Positions 34,677-42,940 of a stretch of 52,373 nucleotides of DNA are shown in pieces. The position numbers were made by a program, and so were the translations under genes. The number at the start of each line of letters is the position of its first letter. Within the stretch, counting starts at the first letter, position 1. The notes beneath the pieces were generated by a model. It did not search any database, was not told the DNA's origin, and saw only the letters and a program-made list of their open reading frames with translations. Source of the stretch: a virus (Duplodnaviria > Caudoviricetes); IMG/VR virus record IMGVR_UViG_3300036846_000887, positions 1 through 52,373 of that record; one strand, written 5' to 3'.

Positions 34677-35479
34677 AGGGTCTGCACCCGCGGCAGCTGC
34701 CGGCCCGGCCACCACACCTGCGGCGCCTGCTTCAGCCCGTTCGGGTTCCACAGCATGATCCAGGCGTCGACGTCGGCGATGCCAGTGACGCCGCCCGGGA
34801 ACGCGCCGGGCGCGATGGTGTAGCTGACGCCCTGCCGGACCAGCGCGGTCACCCCGACCGGCAACCGGCAGGTGTCGCCGACGCAGGCGGCGGCGTACTC
34901 GGCGGCCAGTGTCCCGGCGGCCGCGGCGGCGAGGCCGTCCGGCGGGTAGCCGTTGAGGTAGGTGACCGCGAAGGTGTCGACCTCGGTGACCGCGGCGGTC
35001 ATGTCCTGGCAGCGCGGCCAGCCGTCGCCGGTGCCGAGGTAGACCAGCTTGTTGCCGTTGTCCACCCGGTAGGAGCCGGCGTCGAGCACCACGCCGTCCA
35101 GACTGACCTCGTCGACCCGGCCGACCGGCGGCGGCAGCTCCACCTCGATCACGGTGTCGCAGCTGCAGTCGGCGTAGCCGCAGCCGCAGCCGCAGTTGAT
35201 CCAGTTGCCCATCGTGTCGATCGAGGGCCAGAAGCTGGCGCCGTACCAGGCGTACCAGGCGTACCAGCCCGGGTAGGGCAGGCAGCCGTCGGCGCAGCCT
35301 TTTCGGCACGGGCGGACCGTTACCGGGCAGCCCCCCACCCGGTAACCCGACAAGCGGCGCAGCGTCGTTACTGCCAGCGCCTCCGCCCGTGCCTGCACTG
35401 TGGGGTCGAGGTCGGCGTAGTTCGGGTAGCAGCTGGTGTCAACCGGCCAGCACAGGTCGGGCAACGCGGGTGTGGTCAT
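34673..35479 (-). CDS. head-to-tail adaptor
   Basis: Position; WP.CQD, CRLP..VT...RQGVS, TG...VD.WI...NP. Confidence 0.85.
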   Translation of the reverse strand: MTTPALPDLCWPVDTSCYPNYADLDPTVQARAEALAVTTLRRLSGYRVGGCPVTVRPCRKGCADGCLPYPGWYAWYAWYGASFWPSIDTMGNWINCGCGCGYADCSCDTVIEVELPPPVGRVDEVSLDGVVLDAGSYRVDNGNKLVYLGTGDGWPRCQDMTAAVTEVDTFAVTYLNGYPPDGLAAAAAGTLAAEYAAACVGDTCRLPVGVTALVRQGVSYTIAPGAFPGGVTGIADVDAWIMLWNPNGLKQAPQVWWPGRQLPRVQTL

Positions 35480-35509
35480 CGTGCGTCGCCTCCCTCGACC
35501 CTGACTTAC

Positions 35510-36403
35510 TTACGGTGCCATCCCGGCAGCCCAGGCGGTACCGGTCCAGTGCGCGTCGGAACCGTCGCCGAGCACCACGTACTGGCCGGTGGTCCACGCG
35601 GTGGTCGGGCTGGCGGTGAGGCTGGTCGCGTCGGCCAGGGTCTGCGGGCCGTAGCTGTTCGCCGGCGTGTAGCTGCCGGGAGTGCCCGCGGTCGCACCGG
35701 TCGCGGCGGTCCCGAGCGGACCAGCACCACAGGTCGGGGTCGGCGGCGGCACGTCGGTCAGCTGCAGGTTCAGGTGGTCGTCCGGGTCCAGCGGGTCCAG
35801 CAGCGGCCCCGCGCCGGAGGCGCCGGTGACCACGTCATACGGCCCGGCCCCCCAGCCATTGCCGTCCTTGGTGGTGGCGCCGGTGATGGTGGTGGACAGC
35901 GCCGCGTTCTCGATCGTGAAGTCGCCGAAATAGCCGCCCTGCACGAACGGCAGCAGGGTGTAGCCGTACTGCTTGCCGCCGCCGCCGGTGGAGCACACCG
36001 CGCCGGGCACGTCGGACCACATCTCAATGGCGTAGCCGTAGCCGTCCTGCGCGACCTGGGAGTTCATCCGGAAGCCGACCGGGTTGCCGTTGTTGTCGGC
36101 GACCACCTTCTGGTTGGTGGTCAGGTTCACCATCGTCGGGTCCACCTCGCACAGCGTGATGACCACGTTGTAGCCGAGGAACTTCACCGCCGGTACGTCG
36201 TGCACGCACCGGTCGCCGTTGGCATTGGTGACGTCGATGGCGGTGCCGGTGTCGGTCTGTGCGGTCAGCGCCACCGAGATGAACCCCTTGGTGGTGACCT
36301 GCGACTCCGCGCCCGGCGCCGGCAGGCCGCAGGCGTCGAGTCGGGTGATCCGCATGACCTTGCCCCGGATCAGGGAGAAGCACTGGGCGACGGGTGCGGT
36401 CAT
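35510..36403 (-). CDS. major tail protein
   Basis: RG..MRITRLDACG...LCEVDP...YTLLPF...WG.GPYDV; short C-terminal accessory domain. Confidence 0.88.
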   Translation of the reverse strand: MTAPVAQCFSLIRGKVMRITRLDACGLPAPGAESQVTTKGFISVALTAQTDTGTAIDVTNANGDRCVHDVPAVKFLGYNVVITLCEVDPTMVNLTTNQKVVADNNGNPVGFRMNSQVAQDGYGYAIEMWSDVPGAVCSTGGGGKQYGYTLLPFVQGGYFGDFTIENAALSTTITGATTKDGNGWGAGPYDVVTGASGAGPLLDPLDPDDHLNLQLTDVPPPTPTCGAGPLGTAATGATAGTPGSYTPANSYGPQTLADATSLTASPTTAWTTGQYVVLGDGSDAHWTGTAWAAGMAP

Positions 36404-36406
36404 GGC

Positions 36407-36643
36407 TCAGCCCTCCGGCTTGTCCTGCTGCTTGTCCTGGGGCTTGTCCTCTGCTGCGTCGCCGCGTACCGGCGGCTTCTGACCCTTGGGCCAGTCCGCC
36501 TTCTTGTACACGTCCTTGGGCACCACGAACCCGTCGTCGGAGGTGCGGACCACGCCGGGGTCCAGCCCCAGCTTCTCCGCCGCCTCCAGCAGGATCGTCG
36601 CGATCTCCGAGGTCTTGCCCTCGACTTCGACGTCGTCGGCCAT
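36407..36643 (-). CDS. small virion-region protein
   Basis: TGATG overlap; A..LL.AA..LG.DP.VVRT...GF.VP. Confidence 0.8.
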   Translation of the reverse strand: MADDVEVEGKTSEIATILLEAAEKLGLDPGVVRTSDDGFVVPKDVYKKADWPKGQKPPVRGDAAEDKPQDKQQDKPEG

Positions 36644-37785
36644 CAGGTCACCTTCACTCTCACCGCGCTGATGTAGCAGTCGAATGCTGCCTGGTAGAAC
36701 CGTTCGAGGAGCACGTACTGGTCGTTGGTGGACCGGTCGATCGACTCGACCTGCTGCAGCGGGCCGCGCTCCACGACCACCTCGCCGGTGGCGTACATCC
36801 ACATCTCGCCGGCCGCCGGCGCGCTGCCGGTCGGCCCCTTGTTGGCGGCGATGTAGCCACCGCCGGAGGCAACCTTCGCGCCCTGCCAGGAGTAGAACTT
36901 GCCGGCTATCGCCTGCATGGCGAAGCGGGCGAACAGCAGGGTGGTGATGCTGCGCGGCGAGTGGATGGTGGGGATGCCCGCGTAGTGCACCGCGGCATCG
37001 CCCTCCAGGATGCCGAGCCCCACCTCGGGCTCCACCGCGCCGCCGGTCGGCGTCAGGTCGGGGCAGCTGGAGGTGGCGAAGCTCTGCGCCATCAGCGCCG
37101 CCTCGACGCCGATGGTCTCCTTCGCCTCATAGGCCGCGGTGATGTCCGGGCGAGCCTGCTCGAAGGAGAAGCCGGGCGCCTTGCAGGTGACCCCGCCGTA
37201 CACGCCGAACAGGATGCCGTTCTGGTACACCGGCGCCGAGAAGGTCTTCTGCACCGACACGGTCGCCGAGTTGGCGGTCGGCGGCTTCTTGGTGCCGGGT
37301 GCGACCCCGCCGTTGTCGACGTAGTTGGTGCCCGCGGTGGTGGCCAGGAATGTCTCCGAACCGGCCGCGCCGCCGATCGCGGTGCGGTAGACGTTGTAGC
37401 TGGTCGCGCCGGAGATCGCGGCCCAGGTCGGGGTCAGGGTCAGGTTGGTGGTGGCGGTGGTGCCGGTCACCTCGTTGGAGGCGACCGTCTCGCCGCGGCC
37501 GTTGACCGCGGTGACCACGTAGCGGTACGCCCCGGCGGGCAGCGTGCCGCCAGCCGAGGCCGCAGCCCCGGACACCACCGGGGCTGCCAGCTGCACCGGC
37601 GGGCAGGGCATCTGCGCGTTGGTGCCCAGCGACAGGCAGTTGAAGGTCTGGAACACGCCGGTCGCGTCCGGCGGCATGAAGTCGTGCGGGCCGCGGTCGG
37701 TGACCGACGCGGCGTCGAGCAGGGTGCCCGACGGTCGGACCGCCGTCGGTGCGGCGGGGTAGCGGATCTGCAGGATCGTCGTCAC
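36643..37785 (-). CDS. second (pentamer-type) capsid protein with Fn3-like insertion
   Basis: Directly after MCP; L..LE......Y...P.IH, GGY...GP.G...W.YATG.V, ER.Y....DC. Confidence 0.7.
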   Translation of the reverse strand: MTTILQIRYPAAPTAVRPSGTLLDAASVTDRGPHDFMPPDATGVFQTFNCLSLGTNAQMPCPPVQLAAPVVSGAAASAGGTLPAGAYRYVVTAVNGRGETVASNEVTGTTATTNLTLTPTWAAISGATSYNVYRTAIGGAAGSETFLATTAGTNYVDNGGVAPGTKKPPTANSATVSVQKTFSAPVYQNGILFGVYGGVTCKAPGFSFEQARPDITAAYEAKETIGVEAALMAQSFATSSCPDLTPTGGAVEPEVGLGILEGDAAVHYAGIPTIHSPRSITTLLFARFAMQAIAGKFYSWQGAKVASGGGYIAANKGPTGSAPAAGEMWMYATGEVVVERGPLQQVESIDRSTNDQYVLLERFYQAAFDCYISAVRVKVT

Positions 37786-37824
37786 CGGTCACCTTCCTCT
37801 CTGACGGACCGGCTGGCCCGGCCG

Positions 37825-37838
37825 CTTAGTGGACTAAG
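37825..37838. repeat. 14-bp palindrome copy 22
   Basis: CTTAGTGGACTAAG nested in a GGCCCGG/CCGGGCC inverted repeat after the MCP stop. Confidence 0.95.
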
Positions 37839-37857
37839 CAACCGGGCCGGAATCTCA

Positions 37858-39540
37858 TCAGGAGGTCATGCAGGCGGCGACGTTCGCCGTGCCGGTGTGG
37901 CCGGAGGAGCAGACCGGGACGGTGACCGCGAACGCCTTGTAGCACATCTGCGCGATCAGGATGCCCTGCTCGTAGAACAGCGCCGTGTAGATGTTGGTCA
38001 CCAGCGACGCCGCGTCGTAGACCGCGTTGAGGTTGATGACGTCGGCGGTGCCCTTGACGAACGTGCCGGCCGGGTAGACCAGCGCGGTGAACGTGGTCGG
38101 GTAGTGCAGCGCACCCAGCGTCAGGTCCTGCCAGTCGTAGACGAAGGACACGTTCAGGTGCCGGTTGGCGAACTCGGCCGCGATGTCGGCGTCGGTGACG
38201 GCCGCAGTGTCGCGACCCATCCGGATCGCCAGGTCGGAGCGGATCGCGCCCTTGACCCAGAACGGCACGACCACCTCCATCGTGGAGGTGATGCCGAAGC
38301 GGTAGTTGTCGCGGACGCCGTCGGCGATCAGCTCCAGGTAGCCGAGGGTGTTCTGCGCGGTGGAGGTCAGGTCGGTCGGCGCGAGCGCGGCACCGGCCGC
38401 CGTCACCATCGCGTTAAGCACCTTGGCGTTCATCTTGTGCTGGTGGGCGATCATGCCGCCGGTGACCCAGCGTTGCACCAGCTCCGGGTAGGCGGCGTTG
38501 GTGAGGATCGGCGCCTTGATGCACAGCCCGCAGGCGTCGAGGCGGATGTCGGTGAAGTTCGGGCAGGGCACCTCGTAGCAGGTCTTGGCGGTGCCGGAGA
38601 TCGCCTGCGCCTCGGTCTGGCAGAAGCCGACGTTGGAGTAGATCGAGGAGAAGTCCGGCCCGGAGGTGAACTTGATACCACCGCGGGTGACGTTCACCTC
38701 GGGAATGGACAGGATGCCCTCCAGCGTCTCGCCAGAGCAGAAGCCGTACATGACCTCGCTCGGCGCGCACCAGCCGCCGGAGGCGGTCAGCGACTTGCCG
38801 GGCAGCCGGCTCTCATCGCCGGCGTGCCGCAGGATCTCCAGCGCCCGGTCGGTGTCGGCCACGTCGATGGTGAGGTCTTCGGGGTAGTCCACCCGGAAGC
38901 TGGCCACGCCGTAGTGGCGCAGATCCTCTGACATCCCGTCGCCGTTGGGCGGCCGGAAGTTCTTCATCCGGTTGATGAGCGCCTTGGTGACCCCGCGCAG
39001 GTCGGGGATGTCGGAGCCGGTGGCGAACTCGGGCACGTCGGCGGCCGCGGTGATCGCCACCCGCGGCTGGTTTGTCGGCACCTCGGGCCGGGGTACATGG
39101 ATGTCGACGGAGAACTTGCGGCGCTGCTCGGGTGCCGGCGGCGGCTCGGGCGGCGGGTCGGGCTGCGGCTCGGTCGACGCGGCGACGCTCTTGGCCGAGC
39201 CGGGCTTGGCCTCTTCGACGTCGTTGGACGGCTCGCCTTCCTGCTCCTCGTCGTTGTTGGTGTCGTCGTTCGGGTTGGACCCGCGGACCGGGGTGTTGCT
39301 GAACCGGTCGCGCAGTCTGCCCACCCGGCTGTTCAGGGCGGCGGCTGCGGCGCCGCGGCTGGTGACTTCGTTCTCGACCCGGTCGAGCTGCACCGCGAGT
39401 GCTTCGGCTTCCTCGACCTGGGGGATGGTGGGGTTCTCCGCGTTGACCAGCTCGGACAGCGCCTGGCGCACCTGCTGGTGCAGTTCGGCCAGCTGCTCGT
39501 CACTGAGGTCGGCGAAGGATTCGGGGATCTCGATGTCCAC
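37858..39540 (-). CDS. major capsid protein with fused N-terminal scaffold-like region
   Basis: GTG 39540 after GAGGAG; coiled/acidic N-terminus; LTASGGWCAPSE, PE....RGG, K.C....CP. Confidence 0.9.
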   Translation of the reverse strand: MDIEIPESFADLSDEQLAELHQQVRQALSELVNAENPTIPQVEEAEALAVQLDRVENEVTSRGAAAAALNSRVGRLRDRFSNTPVRGSNPNDDTNNDEEQEGEPSNDVEEAKPGSAKSVAASTEPQPDPPPEPPPAPEQRRKFSVDIHVPRPEVPTNQPRVAITAAADVPEFATGSDIPDLRGVTKALINRMKNFRPPNGDGMSEDLRHYGVASFRVDYPEDLTIDVADTDRALEILRHAGDESRLPGKSLTASGGWCAPSEVMYGFCSGETLEGILSIPEVNVTRGGIKFTSGPDFSSIYSNVGFCQTEAQAISGTAKTCYEVPCPNFTDIRLDACGLCIKAPILTNAAYPELVQRWVTGGMIAHQHKMNAKVLNAMVTAAGAALAPTDLTSTAQNTLGYLELIADGVRDNYRFGITSTMEVVVPFWVKGAIRSDLAIRMGRDTAAVTDADIAAEFANRHLNVSFVYDWQDLTLGALHYPTTFTALVYPAGTFVKGTADVINLNAVYDAASLVTNIYTALFYEQGILIAQMCYKAFAVTVPVCSSGHTGTANVAACMTS

Positions 39541-39655
39541 GATGGTCTCCTCGTTCCGGTGCGGACGCGCGTAGCACAGTCCTGTCACCGGTGCCTAGAC
39601 CAGTGGACGATTCCTGTGGCGGAGGCTACGCCGATCCGCGGCAGGCGGGAAGCGG

Positions 39656-41374
39656 TCAGGCCGGTGCGATGACGGTCTCGGTGCCGCTGCCGCCGCGGAA
39701 CCGCAGCTCGCCGTCGGCGACGTAGAGCAGACCGCCGCCGATCGGGTACGCCTGCTGGGTGTTCCAGCCGGTGCCGTCCCAGATCAGGTCGGTGTTCGCG
39801 CCGACCAGGGTGGTGTCATACAGCTTGGCGTCCACCCCGTACCAGGTGGCGTTGAAGTCCGAGTTCGGCGGGTTCACCGCGTAGGAGCCGTTGTAGAACT
39901 GGCCGTTCCAGTGCGCGGCCCCGGGGGTGCCCTGGCTCTGCGGGAAGACCAGCCCGGCAGCACCGGAGGGCGCTGCCAGGTCGGCGTTGGCGAACAGCAT
40001 CGCCGTCGCCGAGTACAGGCCGCCCGGCTGGTGCACCGCGATGACGTAGAACATGCCCGGTGTCAGCGCGTAGTCGGCGAGCAGGTTGATCTCCGCCCAA
40101 CCCGGGGTGTTGGGGGTGTTGCCCAGGTTGGGGAAGTAGGCCACCGGCGTCTGGGCCAGCAGGTTGTGCGCGTAGCCGTTGGCCTGGACGTCCCAGAGCG
40201 AGAACATCAGCCCGACCGAGGTGAGCTTGGCGGTCGGCGCGGCCCGGTCCACCCAGAACCGGCCGCCGCGCAACGACTGACCGGAACGCGAGGTCGTGAA
40301 CACCGTGCCGAGCACGTAGTCGGCGGTGTCACCGGCACCCTCGAAGGTGATGCTCGGCGGACCGGAGTCCCAGCCCGAGTACACCGCCGGTCCGGCGGAG
40401 ACGAACTGCCGCCACTCGTCGTAGGGCGCCAGTGCCACACCGGTGACCGAATGCGGGTTGGTCGGCCCGACGAAGCGCTTGTTCCTGCCGCTGGTGTCGC
40501 CCAGCAGCGACGACGGCTGGTAGCTGCTGCCGGTCCAGTTGAAGTCGATGACGCCCTCGGCGACACCACCGCTGCCACCGCCGTTGAGCTGGGTCCAGGG
40601 CGTCCAGCCGCCCGGTGCGGCGTAGGTCGCCCGGCTCCAGACGTCACCGGTCGTCAGGTCGGTCCACAGCTGGGACTGCAGCTGGGCGTTGCCGGTCACG
40701 TCCTGCTGGGCGATCGACACCACCAGGGTGCCTGAATGGGATGGGCCGGGTCCGTTGGTGACGTTGCCGGAGGCGTAGAAGGTCCCGGCGAGGTCGAGCA
40801 CATCGAAGTCGGCGATGTAGCTCAGCGGGACGTAGTACGCCGGTCGCCAGATCGAGAAGTTCCAGTAGACGTTGTCGCTGGAGTAGCCGGAGCGCTGCCA
40901 GACCTCGGCCCAGGAATCACCGGACGCCGGCAGCCAGGTCTGACTGACGTCCCACTCGGACGCCGACGGCCGGTGGATCACGTAGACCTGCAGGATGCCG
41001 GAGTCGTCATCCACCGTCGAGCCGGTCTCGGCAGCGGCGTAGTCGATCCCGGCCTGGGTCGCGGTGAGGTAGTACAGCCCGGAGCTGGTCGCGTCGTCGG
41101 CGGTGTTGGCTGTGCCGGTCCAGTCGACGGCGTCGGGGAAACCGACCCCGGTGCCGGGCGGCCCGGCAGGACCCGTCGGACCGGCGGGCCCAGCTGGTCC
41201 GGTTGGCCCCTGCGGTCCGGTCGGACCCGGTGGACCGCCGAACGTCACCGTGGCTTGCGGGGTCAGCGGGGTGACCTGCACCTGTTTGATCGACGCGGTG
41301 ACCGCGCCGACGGTGGGCCTGGCCGGCAGCGAGACGCTCGCCTGCAGCGGCGGCTCGAACGACGGCTCGGTCAT
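39656..41374 (-). CDS. fibre protein: collagen + knob repeats + DUF4082-like domain
   Basis: (GPx)n, W.PW-ending repeats, LGTVF...G.RFW...GW.E..L....LTPG..Y. Confidence 0.8.
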   Translation of the reverse strand: MTEPSFEPPLQASVSLPARPTVGAVTASIKQVQVTPLTPQATVTFGGPPGPTGPQGPTGPAGPAGPTGPAGPPGTGVGFPDAVDWTGTANTADDATSSGLYYLTATQAGIDYAAAETGSTVDDDSGILQVYVIHRPSASEWDVSQTWLPASGDSWAEVWQRSGYSSDNVYWNFSIWRPAYYVPLSYIADFDVLDLAGTFYASGNVTNGPGPSHSGTLVVSIAQQDVTGNAQLQSQLWTDLTTGDVWSRATYAAPGGWTPWTQLNGGGSGGVAEGVIDFNWTGSSYQPSSLLGDTSGRNKRFVGPTNPHSVTGVALAPYDEWRQFVSAGPAVYSGWDSGPPSITFEGAGDTADYVLGTVFTTSRSGQSLRGGRFWVDRAAPTAKLTSVGLMFSLWDVQANGYAHNLLAQTPVAYFPNLGNTPNTPGWAEINLLADYALTPGMFYVIAVHQPGGLYSATAMLFANADLAAPSGAAGLVFPQSQGTPGAAHWNGQFYNGSYAVNPPNSDFNATWYGVDAKLYDTTLVGANTDLIWDGTGWNTQQAYPIGGGLLYVADGELRFRGGSGTETVIAPA

Positions 41375-41751
41375 GGCCGGGTGACATCCCCGGACATCGT
41401 CACCGTGCCCGCGGCCAGTGTGGTGATGTCGGGGGTGGCGACCTGGCAGTCCCACACCGCGGGGCCGGTCAGCTGCTGGGAGGCCGTCGAGGCCAGGTGC
41501 AGGCGGATCACGTTGCCGGTGATGGTGGCGACGAAGGCGGCCAGCGGCGGGTCGGGGTCGGTGGCCTTGGCCCGGACCTGCGCGGTGGCCACCGCGGTGG
41601 ACAGGTCGGCGGCGGTGCCGTCCGGGTTGGTGACGGTCAGGTCCAGGTAGAAGTCGTCGCCGGCGTAGAGGTCCAGGTTGACCGTCATCGGCAGCGCCGT
41701 GATGGTCGTCGCGGCCGCCTTGCCGACCCGGACCGCTGGAGCGGTGTTCAT
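41371..41751 (-). CDS. BppU-N/LtfC-like fibre adaptor
   Basis: L.LY.GDDF...L.....DL......AQVR...WD.Q.......L..G.V....DVTR. Confidence 0.7.
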   Translation of the reverse strand: MNTAPAVRVGKAAATTITALPMTVNLDLYAGDDFYLDLTVTNPDGTAADLSTAVATAQVRAKATDPDPPLAAFVATITGNVIRLHLASTASQQLTGPAVWDCQVATPDITTLAAGTVTMSGDVTRP

Positions 41752-41753
41752 GG

Positions 41754-42587
41754 TCAGTCGTTGTGGGAGTGCGAGCCGTCCCCGGAGCCGCCGGCTGGGG
41801 CTTCCAGCGCGTCGATCGCGGCGAGGATGTCCAGGCAGTATTGCCGGACCACCTTCAGGTTCCACGGGTGGGTGTCACTGCCCGGTGCGACATCCTTGCC
41901 ATCGCCGAACATCAGCATGTTCTGCATGGCGCTGACCTGGCCCTTCAGCGCGTTGTTCTGGTTGACGATGCTCTGCGCGGTCCCCAGGATCGCCTGGTTG
42001 GTCCCGGCCCAGTTCTTCTGGCCGGACGCGGTGCCCTCGTTGAGCACCGAACGCACCGCCGTCTTCAGGTCTTCCGTCGTTGCCATGTCGAACCAATCCC
42101 CTCCGCTGGGCGGCGGGCTGCCGCCGCCGGTGATGACCTGGGCGATGCCGTCGAGAGCGCCCGCATCGGTGGCGTACTTGCGCAGGATCGACAGGTGGAT
42201 GTGCCACAGGTGGCTGTCGTCCGAGGTGACGGCGTAGCCGCCGTAGTAGTCCCAGCCGCAGACGGTGCGCCCGTCGGTGGAACCGTAGAACTCCCGGCAG
42301 GCCGACATCCGCGAGTCGTTCTTGGCGGCGAGCAGCCGCTGGCTGACGGTGTACTGCCAGGACGCATCCGACCAGGACAGGTCCAGCGCGCTGGCCGCCT
42401 CGCCGTCACCCGCCCGGTCCTCGGCCAGCTGCACCGAGTAGTCCGAGGACGGCACGTAGTTGCGGCCCCGGTGGTAGCCGTAGGTGTGGGCGGCGTCGCC
42501 GAGGATGCCGCCCATCAGCGCCTGTGGGATGGCGGCGTGGATGGAGTTGAACAGCCCCTGGATCGCCGCTGGCGCATATTCGGTCAC
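41754..42587 (-). CDS. endolysin, M15-like Zn peptidase
   Basis: GD.AH..GYH, SALDL, SH.WHIHLS; Gly/Pro linker and C-terminal tail. Confidence 0.75.
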   Translation of the reverse strand: MTEYAPAAIQGLFNSIHAAIPQALMGGILGDAAHTYGYHRGRNYVPSSDYSVQLAEDRAGDGEAASALDLSWSDASWQYTVSQRLLAAKNDSRMSACREFYGSTDGRTVCGWDYYGGYAVTSDDSHLWHIHLSILRKYATDAGALDGIAQVITGGGSPPPSGGDWFDMATTEDLKTAVRSVLNEGTASGQKNWAGTNQAILGTAQSIVNQNNALKGQVSAMQNMLMFGDGKDVAPGSDTHPWNLKVVRQYCLDILAAIDALEAPAGGSGDGSHSHND

Positions 42588-42588
42588 G

Positions 42589-42747
42589 TCAGTCGTCCGT
42601 CCCGTTCTCCGAATCGGTGTCCGGCTGCTCGTCCTCACGCAACCGGCGGCCCGGCTCCGGCCCGTCCAGGCTGAGGAACCAGTCCGGCGGCTTCAGCCGG
42701 TGCACGTCGCCCGGGTCGCGCTGTTCCGGGCGCTGCTCGTCGGTCAT
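42589..42747 (-). CDS. small acidic hypothetical protein (not in ORF track)
   Basis: MTDEQRPEQRDPGDVHRLKPPDWF...; ATGA overlap. Confidence 0.6.
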   Translation of the reverse strand: MTDEQRPEQRDPGDVHRLKPPDWFLSLDGPEPGRRLREDEQPDTDSENGTDD

Positions 42748-42899
42748 CGCGCACTCGCCGCGGTGGTGTAGGAGCCGCCGCCGCGCAGCACCGCGGCCTT
42801 CGCCTCGATCTCGGTCCGGTACACCGTGGTCCGGCCCGCCGCGTTGGTGTACACGTAGGTCAGCGTCCCGGTCTTGGTACCCCCACAGCCACAGCCGAT
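42744..42899 (-). CDS. small GCGCG protein with apparent non-canonical start (not in ORF track)
   Basis: (I)GCGCGGTKTGTLTYVYTNAAGRTTVYRTEIEAKAAVLRGGGSY...; no upstream in-frame ATG/GTG/TTG. Confidence 0.65.
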   Translation of the reverse strand: MGCGCGGTKTGTLTYVYTNAAGRTTVYRTEIEAKAAVLRGGGSYTTAASAR

Positions 42900-42926
42900 G
42901 ACAATCGCCCCCTTTACTCCGTTCCG

Positions 42927-42940
42927 CTTAGTGGACTAAG
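42927..42940. repeat. 14-bp palindrome copy 23
   Basis: CTTAGTGGACTAAG; contains the stop of the MuF-protease gene. Confidence 0.95.

Noticed and set aside
36394-38931. 845-aa + strand ORF and similar long ORFs (43851..45758, 45755..47710, 48044..49381, 27388..29556)
   Set aside because: Antisense or off-frame shadows of clear structural genes in high-GC DNA; low-complexity Arg/Gly/Ala-rich translations
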